64,000 nucleotides of DNA from an uncultured Pseudomonadota bacterium (GTDB lineage Bacteria; Myxococcota_A; Polyangia; Fen-1088): contig CAWKBC010000035.1 of NCBI GenBank assembly GCA_963847705.1, forward strand, positions 49,366-113,365. Direction: 5' to 3'. Position 1 is the stretch's first letter. The number at the start of each line of letters is the position of its first letter. Made by a program: the position numbers and the translations under genes. This document shows, one piece after another, positions 56,337 to 64,000 of the stretch. The notes under the pieces are model-generated. The model did no database searches. It saw nothing but the letters and a program-made list of their open reading frames with translations, and was not told where the DNA came from.

Positions 56337-57596
56337 ATGTCCGAGTACCTGTTCACCTCAGAGAGCGTCACCGAAGGTCACCCCGACAAGTTGTGCGATC
56401 AGGTCTCGGACGGGATCCTCGACGCGCTCATCAAGGGTGACAAGGGATCGCGGGTCGCCTGCGAGACGCTGACCAAGACCGGGTTCGTGATGGTGGCGGG
56501 CGAGGTGACCTCCTCGGCGCAGATCGACATCCCCAAGATCGTCCGCGGCGTCGTCAAGGAGATCGGCTACAGCAGCTCCGAGATGGGCTTCGACTGGCAG
56601 ACCTGCGGCGTGATGGTGGCGCTCGAACAGCAGTCGCCCGACATCGCCCAGGGTGTCGACGGCAAGGGCGTCTACACCCGCGACGAGCAGGGGGCCGGCG
56701 ATCAGGGAATGATGTTCGGCTACGCCTGCGACGAGACGCCCGAGCTGATGCCGATGCCGATCATGACGGCGCACAAGCTGTCGAAGAAGCTGGCCGACGT
56801 GCGCAAGAAGGGGACGGTCGATTTCCTGCGCCCCGACGGCAAGAGCCAGGTTTCGGTTCGCTATTCCAGCGACGATCGCCCGCTCGGCATCGACGCGGTC
56901 GTCGTCTCGACCCAACACAGCGAAGACGTCAAATACAAGACGCTCAAAGAGGCGGTGATGGAGGAGGTGGTGCGTCCGGTGCTGCCGCCCGCGCTGGTCT
57001 CCAACAAGACCAAGTTCTTCATCAATCCGACCGGCCGCTTCGTGGTCGGTGGCCCGATGGGCGACTCCGGCCTCACCGGCCGCAAGATCATCGTCGACAC
57101 CTACGGCGGCATGGGTCGCCACGGCGGCGGCGCCTTCTCCGGCAAGGACCCGTCGAAGGTCGATCGCTCGGCCTGCTACTACGCGCGCTACATCGCCAAG
57201 AACGTGGTGGCCGCGGGCCTGGCCCGTCGCTGCGAGGTGCAGGTCGCTTACGCGATCGGCGTCGCCGAGCCGGTGTCGCTGCTGGTGCACACCTTCGGGA
57301 CCGGGAAGATCTCCGAGGATCGCCTGGCCGAGATCGTGCGCGCCAACTTCGACTGCCGTCCCGGCGCGCTCATTCGCGAGCTGAACCTGTTGCGGCCCAT
57401 CTATCAGAAGACCGCCGCCTACGGTCACTTCGGCCGCCAGGACGCCGACTTCTTCTGGGAGAAGACCAACAAGGCCGACGCGCTCAAGTCGGCGGCTCGC
57501 AAGTTCATCGCGGCCAACGGCCACGTCAACGGCAGCGCCGGTGGCAAGGCCGCCGGGGGCGCCAAGCGCCGCGGCGACCGCGCGCTCGAGGTCTGA
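56337..57596 (+). CDS. metK: S-adenosylmethionine synthetase
   Basis: [28 protein letters not shown]. Confidence 0.98.
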   Translation: MSEYLFTSESVTEGHPDKLCDQVSDGILDALIKGDKGSRVACETLTKTGFVMVAGEVTSSAQIDIPKIVRGVVKEIGYSSSEMGFDWQTCGVMVALEQQSPDIAQGVDGKGVYTRDEQGAGDQGMMFGYACDETPELMPMPIMTAHKLSKKLADVRKKGTVDFLRPDGKSQVSVRYSSDDRPLGIDAVVVSTQHSEDVKYKTLKEAVMEEVVRPVLPPALVSNKTKFFINPTGRFVVGGPMGDSGLTGRKIIVDTYGGMGRHGGGAFSGKDPSKVDRSACYYARYIAKNVVAAGLARRCEVQVAYAIGVAEPVSLLVHTFGTGKISEDRLAEIVRANFDCRPGALIRELNLLRPIYQKTAAYGHFGRQDADFFWEKTNKADALKSAARKFIAANGHVNGSAGGKAAGGAKRRGDRALEV

Positions 57597-57610
57597 GCCC
57601 GATCGGAACC

Positions 57611-57848
57611 CGCGGCCCGCTCAGTGCGGCGCCGCGGGCAGGCGGCCCGCTCAGTGCGGCGCCGCGGGCAGGCGGCCCGCTCAGTGCGGCGCCGCGGGCA
57701 GACGGCCCGCTCAGTGCGGCGCCGCGGGCAGGCGGCCCGCTCAGTGCGGCGCCGCGGGCAGGCGGCCCGCTCAGTGCGGCGCCGCGGGCAGGCGGCCCGC
57801 TCAGTGCGGCGCCGCGGGCAGGCGGCCCGCTCAGTGCGGCGCCGCGGG
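57611..57848. repeat. Tandem repeat, 30-bp unit x8, containing the last codons and stop of dacB
   Basis: GCGGCCCGCTCAGTGCGGCGCCGCGGGCAG repeated; reverse strand reads PAAPH-stop. Confidence 0.95.
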
Positions 57849-59660
57849 GATGAAGCGCGGAAGCGCCGGCGCTGCGGGCTGCTTGTGCGGCGCTGTGTCC
57901 ACCGGCGCAGCGGGCTGCTTGTGCGGCGGAGCCACCGGCGCTGGGGCTTTGGGGCTCGGGGCCTGTGGCTCCGGGAGCTCTTCTTGTCCCTCGCTGACCT
58001 CCTGTCCCGGCTCGAGATCCGGCGTCGGACTCGACGGTGTCGACTCGGGCGCGAGCTCGGGACGCACGCCGTGCGCCTCACGCACGTAGCGCATCATAGC
58101 GTTCACGCAGGTCACCTGAGCGCCGCGCACGGCCGCCAGGCTCCGCCCGCGCAGCCCCTCGACCAGAATCGAAAAGGCCAGCACGTCGGGCCCGTCGCCC
58201 ACCAGGCCCGACAGGCAGGACTTGCCACGCAGCGTGCCGGTCTTGGCGCGCACCCGCTCGGCGGCCAGCGTACCCTTGAACCGGTTGCGCGTCGTCCCGT
58301 CGACGCCCCCCACCGAGAGCGACTGCAGGAGCTCCGGTCCGAGGCGCGGATCGAGATAGAGCGATCGCAGCAACGCTGCCATCGCGTCGGCGGTGATCCG
58401 GTTGGCGTGCCCGAGACCCGACCCGTTGCGCGGGACGTAGCTGGAGGGCTGTAGCCCCAGCTCGCCGATCACCTCGCGCAGCAGGTGCACCCCCTTCTCA
58501 CCCGTCGGCGCGCCGCCGTAGACCTCGGCCCCGGCGGCCTCGAGCACACGCTCGGCGTAGTCGTTCTCGGAGTCCTTGTTGATCTTGCGCAGCAGAATTC
58601 CGAGCGGCGCCGATTCGTGCAGCGCCAGCAGCGGCCGCGCGTGGCCGGCGTGCAGCGGCGGCGTCGGCTCGACGCGGGCGTCGTCGCGCACCGTGATCCC
58701 GGCCGAGGCCAGCGAGGCCCGCATGAGCGCCGCCGCGTACAGCGCCTGGTGCGGGACACGACGGCGGAAGATCAGCGCGCCGCGCCCGATCCCGATCCGG
58801 CCGTCGACGTCGATCTGAATGCGCGAGCCGGCGATCGACAGCCAGACCGTGACGTGGGAATGGACGTGGGCCTTGGTGTGCACGGTGTCGTGGACGATGA
58901 ACGACGGATCGGCCGGCGTGGTCGTCACCTCTGCGGGGAGGCCCGCCTCCGCCGCCGGGCGGACGCGCACCAGCATGAGCCCGTGGTCCACCACCAAGGG
59001 CACGCGCGGGGACAACTTTCCGAGCGCCTCCAGCTTGGCGTCGTCGTCGTTCCTGCCCGCGGCGCCCGCCTCATCGGCTGGCCCCTCCTCGTCGGCCACC
59101 GGCTCGTCGGCCCCCAGGCGCCGGGGGTCGGCCACGACGGCACCGGCGATGCTGCGCACCCCGCGGCGCGCCAGCTCGCCGGCCATGGCGTCGAGATCGG
59201 CGCTGCTCACCGTGGGGTCGCCGCTGCCGCGCAGGTAGACGTCGCCGACCACGACGCCGTCGGCGGTCGGCGCGGCGCCGGTCAGCTCGGTGCGAAAGCG
59301 CCAGTCGGCCCCCAGGCGCATCAACGCGGTCGTCGTCGCCAGCACCTTCTGGTTCGAGGCCGGGTCCATCAGCACGGTGCCGCGCGTGTCGAAGAAGAGC
59401 CGCCCGGTGCGGGCCTCGATGACGCGCATCCCGACGCGCGTTCGCCGGAGCGCGCTGTCGTGCAAGATCTCGCGCAGCGCCGTTTGCATCCGGACGATCC
59501 GATCGTGGTCGCGATCGTCGGGCGGCGGCTCGGGCGCGGTCTCCGCCACGCGCGCCTGCTTCACCGGCGCGGGGGTGGCGTGATGGCGCGCGACGGCCGC
59601 GCGCGCGACCGGGGCGCCGACGACGCCCACGCAGATGAGGAGTGAGATCAGGCGCTTCAT
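57831..59660 (-). CDS. dacB: D-Ala-D-Ala carboxypeptidase/endopeptidase (PBP4, peptidase S13)
   Basis: PASNQK, GSGDP, SEN, AKTGTL; signal peptide MKRLISLL. Confidence 0.93.
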   Translation of the reverse strand: MKRLISLLICVGVVGAPVARAAVARHHATPAPVKQARVAETAPEPPPDDRDHDRIVRMQTALREILHDSALRRTRVGMRVIEARTGRLFFDTRGTVLMDPASNQKVLATTTALMRLGADWRFRTELTGAAPTADGVVVGDVYLRGSGDPTVSSADLDAMAGELARRGVRSIAGAVVADPRRLGADEPVADEEGPADEAGAAGRNDDDAKLEALGKLSPRVPLVVDHGLMLVRVRPAAEAGLPAEVTTTPADPSFIVHDTVHTKAHVHSHVTVWLSIAGSRIQIDVDGRIGIGRGALIFRRRVPHQALYAAALMRASLASAGITVRDDARVEPTPPLHAGHARPLLALHESAPLGILLRKINKDSENDYAERVLEAAGAEVYGGAPTGEKGVHLLREVIGELGLQPSSYVPRNGSGLGHANRITADAMAALLRSLYLDPRLGPELLQSLSVGGVDGTTRNRFKGTLAAERVRAKTGTLRGKSCLSGLVGDGPDVLAFSILVEGLRGRSLAAVRGAQVTCVNAMMRYVREAHGVRPELAPESTPSSPTPDLEPGQEVSEGQEELPEPQAPSPKAPAPVAPPHKQPAAPVDTAPHKQPAAPALPRFIPAAPH

Positions 59661-59685
59661 CAGGTCGTTGCCACAGTCGTCGTCG

Positions 59686-60396
59686 TCATTTGGAGGCCGC
59701 GCACCGGAACCCCAGATCGCCGTCGCGGTGATCTGGGGCCCAGGCGTTCCGGTTGGCGGCGCGCGGTCCGACGAAGAAGGTGCAACAGGAGCCGCCGCGC
59801 ACGACGCGCCGGCCGGGATCTCCGTCGTACCTGTCCGCCACCCATTCCCAGACGTTGCCCCCCATGTCGAGCAGGCCGTACGGGCTGGCGCCCGTCGGGT
59901 ACTGTCCGACGGCGACCGGGTGGCCCGGGTTGTTGCCGGCGCAGGGACCTTCGCCCTCGAAGCTCCCCCAGTTGGCGTGGGCGCAGTCGATGTCGTTCCC
60001 CCACGGGTACTCGCGCCCGTCGGTCCCGCGCGCTGCCTTCTCCCATTCGACCTCCGACGGAAGACGGCCGCCCGCGAACTTGCAGTACGCCTGCGCGTCG
60101 TTCCAGTCGACGCCGGTGATGGGGAGCGTCGCCTGGGAGCCATCGGCGACGGTCTTCTCGGTGGTCGCCTTGCAGTGACCGGCGGCCACGCAGGCGGCGT
60201 AGTCGCCCCGGGTGACCTCCGTGCGATCGATGGCGAACAGCTTGACGGTCACCTTGCGCACGGGACGCTCGTCCTCGTCGCCGCGGGTGCTCCCCGCGGT
60301 GAAGGGGCCGGCGGGGATCGCCACCCGATCGTGCGCCGGACGGCTGGAGTGCGCGGCTGTCGCCACGATCGCGGCCGAGATGAGCCACCGAACCAT
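59686..60396 (-). CDS. FGE-sulfatase (SUMF1) domain protein
   Basis: RLPSEVEWEKAARG, DMGGNVWEW, RGGS, GFRCA. Confidence 0.93.
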   Translation of the reverse strand: MVRWLISAAIVATAAHSSRPAHDRVAIPAGPFTAGSTRGDEDERPVRKVTVKLFAIDRTEVTRGDYAACVAAGHCKATTEKTVADGSQATLPITGVDWNDAQAYCKFAGGRLPSEVEWEKAARGTDGREYPWGNDIDCAHANWGSFEGEGPCAGNNPGHPVAVGQYPTGASPYGLLDMGGNVWEWVADRYDGDPGRRVVRGGSCCTFFVGPRAANRNAWAPDHRDGDLGFRCAASK

Positions 60397-60405
60397 CGCG
60401 GAAGT

Positions 60406-61326
60406 TTAGTCGAGCCGCTCGATGAGCGCGCGTGCCTGTTCGGCCCAGGGGGTCGCCTCGGGCTCGAGCGACAGATAGTGCTCGAGGTGGGCGCGCGCCG
60501 CCGCCCGACCGCCCAGCCGCTCGAGCGCGACCGCCAGGTTGTAGTGCGCATCGGCGAAGTCGGGCGCCGTCTGCAGCACGCGGCGCAGCTCAGCCACCGC
60601 CAGCTCCAGATCGCCGTTCTCGAGCACCAGGTTGGCGAGATTGAAGCGCGCCTCGGGCTGATCCGGATCGAGCGCCAGCGCCGCCTCGAACGCCTCGCGC
60701 GCCGCCGCCGCGTCGCCCCGGCGGTACGCCAGGCTCCCCAGGTTGGTGCGCGCCGCGGCCAGCCCCGCGTCGAGTGCCAGCGCTTCCCGGTAACACTGCT
60801 CGGCGCGCGCGTCCCCCTCGCCGCCGGAGCTGAGCTCGGCGCGCGTCCCCTCCACGAACCAGTCGTAGGCCTGCCGCTTGGCCCCCTGCGTCTCGGTCGA
60901 AGGCGAGGACGAGCTCCGATCGACGGAACCCATCGCGGCTGGGCTCGAGGCCCCTGGTGAGCGCCCCATCCTGGCCAGGTCCGCCAACCCGAAGTCGAAC
61001 AGCTTCTGGCCGGTCGATTCGAAGGCGCTCCCCTCGTCGACGACGACCAGCTTGGTGCCGTCGAAGGCCACCCGCAGTCGGTCGAGCGGACGGTCGACGT
61101 GTGGCAGGGTGGCGCGCACTTCCTCGATCGCCTTGCGGATCTCCCCGGCCTTGAAGCCTCGGTCGACCAGCTCCTTGGCTGCCTTGACGCTCACCAGGTC
61201 CTGGAACGAGTAGTGCGGCTTGCCGCCCCGGCGCGCCGACGGACCGACGAAGCCAACCTGCGCCCAATAGCGCAGCTTGCTCTCCGGCACCCCCAGAATC
61301 TTGGCAGCGCCCGCGAAGCTGTACAT
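60406..61326 (-). CDS. MerR-type HTH + TPR protein
   Basis: AAKILGV..KLRYW..G.V.P..YSFQDLV; C-terminal TPRs; frame is open upstream to 61461. Confidence 0.88.
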   Translation of the reverse strand: MYSFAGAAKILGVPESKLRYWAQVGFVGPSARRGGKPHYSFQDLVSVKAAKELVDRGFKAGEIRKAIEEVRATLPHVDRPLDRLRVAFDGTKLVVVDEGSAFESTGQKLFDFGLADLARMGRSPGASSPAAMGSVDRSSSSPSTETQGAKRQAYDWFVEGTRAELSSGGEGDARAEQCYREALALDAGLAAARTNLGSLAYRRGDAAAAREAFEAALALDPDQPEARFNLANLVLENGDLELAVAELRRVLQTAPDFADAHYNLAVALERLGGRAAARAHLEHYLSLEPEATPWAEQARALIERLD

Positions 61327-61381
61327 CGCCCCAGCCGCGCTGCCGGAGCCAACGTCCGCAGCGCCACCAGAGCCAACCTCT

Positions 61382-61461
61382 ATCGATCGCGTGGAGGCGG
61401 ACGAGCTCTGCTCGACCGACCCCTTCGCGGGGGGGTTTGGGGACCCTTCCAGGGTCCCCAA
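61382..61461 (-). repeat. Dispersed palindromic (REP-like) element
   Basis: TTGGGGACCCT-GGA-AGGGTCCCCAA + CCCCCCCGCGA + GAGC-AGA-GCTC + CACGCGATCG on the minus strand. Confidence 0.8.
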
Positions 61462-61462
61462 C

Positions 61463-61942
61463 TTAGAACACCCCTTCCACGTCGATGTCGATGAACACCC
61501 TGGCCGCCTGGGCGCGGATCGCCACGTGCGTACGGACCGCCGTGGGCGTGGCACCGGCGACGCGGGCCGCCTCGCGCGCGGCCAGGGCCTCGACGTGAGC
61601 GCCCGCCTCCGCGTCGCTCTCCAGCAGCGCCGCCAGGCGGCGCGCCGTCCCGGCGTCGCAGGCGTCGCGCAGCAGAAGCTCCAGCGACGGCAGATCGATC
61701 GTCAGCATGGTCGATCCGAAGTAGGCGTCGCGCCCGTTGCGGTTGCTGCGCTGCCCCTCGGAGATCACCTCCGCCCGTGACAGCACCAGGTCCAGCGCCG
61801 TGCGCGACAGCCGCTCGCGCACCTCCCGCTCGAAGAGCGCGATCTGCGTGGCCCGCGCCATGGGCCGGCGCGCCGCGAGCGGCGGTTGAGCCGCCGCCTC
61901 TGGCGCCGGCTCGGGTGGGCGTGACCGCCTGCGTTCCGTCAT
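61463..61942 (-). CDS. Hypothetical protein
   Basis: ORF with genome-like codon usage. Confidence 0.65.
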   Translation of the reverse strand: MTERRRSRPPEPAPEAAAQPPLAARRPMARATQIALFEREVRERLSRTALDLVLSRAEVISEGQRSNRNGRDAYFGSTMLTIDLPSLELLLRDACDAGTARRLAALLESDAEAGAHVEALAAREAARVAGATPTAVRTHVAIRAQAARVFIDIDVEGVF

Positions 61943-62058
61943 GATTGCCAAGGTCGAGACCCAAGATCGAGAACAGAGAGGGACAAGGAAGGGCGGATCG
62001 TAGCAAGAGTCGAGGCCTGAGCGCAAAAATGGCCCCTGTCGGGGTATGCTAGCCGTCG

Positions 62059-63588
<1,530 letters not shown>

Positions 63589-63592
63589 GGAC

Positions 63593-64000
63593 ATGAAGCT
63601 CCTCTTCGTCATGGATCCGCTGGCCCGGCTGCAGATCGCCGGCGACACCACGTTCGCCATCATGCTGGCGGCGCAGGCGCGCGGTCACGAAATCTGGTTT
63701 TGCGAGCCGCGCCACCTCTCGCTCGAGCACGCCGACGCGGTGGCGCGCGCCTGGCCGGTGACGGTCCGAAGGGTGATGGGCGATCACTATCTGCTCGGGC
63801 CGCAGGCCACGGTGCCGCTGGCCAGTTGCAACGTCGTGTTCATGCGCAAGGACCCGCCGTTCGACCTCGACTATTACTTCGCCACGCTGATGCTCGAGCG
63901 GGCGCGTGGACGCACCCTGATCGTCAACGACCCGCGCGGCCTGCGCGAGCAGAACGAGAAGCTGGCGATCCTGGAGTTTCCCGAGCTCTGCCCGCCCACC
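63593..64000 (+). CDS. gshB: Glutathione synthetase (5' part, runs off the window)
   Basis: MKLLFVMDPL..DTTFAIMLAAQARGH..FMRKDPPFD..VNDPRGLR..NEKL. Confidence 0.93.
   Translation, partial: MKLLFVMDPLARLQIAGDTTFAIMLAAQARGHEIWFCEPRHLSLEHADAVARAWPVTVRRVMGDHYLLGPQATVPLASCNVVFMRKDPPFDLDYYFATLMLERARGRTLIVNDPRGLREQNEKLAILEFPELCPPT

Overview
High-GC bacterial chromosome segment. The gene content (many Hanks-type Ser/Thr kinases, FHA proteins, sigma54 activators, Cys-rich lipoproteins) points to Myxococcota/Polyangia; this is inference from gene content only. The backbone (1-12.8 kb and 35.5-64 kb) carries surface-polysaccharide, trehalose, signalling and housekeeping genes (pccB, metK, dacB, gshB). 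Between them lies a ~22.5 kb, visibly more AT-rich integrative mobilisable element (12887-35461). It is inserted at the anticodon loop of tRNA-Arg(CCG) and bounded by a perfect 45-bp direct repeat. It has a tyrosine integrase whose reading frame is split by the att site, so excision would fuse a 115-aa tail containing an excisionase-like HTH onto it. It also has an IncQ-2/pTF-FC2-like oriT-mob module with a deleted relaxase, and about 16 kb of defence-like cargo. The best candidates for undescribed systems are (i) a radical SAM + DUF6375-like + nuclease-STAND (Avs2-like) operon and (ii) a TIGR04255-like + DUF5678-like + retropepsin protease operon with a divergent MraZ/AbrB-like regulator. The backbone also has a dispersed ~75-bp palindromic repeat family that is read in frame at the start of two genes, tandem arrays that copy gene 3' ends, and a homopolymer frameshift in pccB. 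All family names come from motif recognition by eye and need HMM confirmation.
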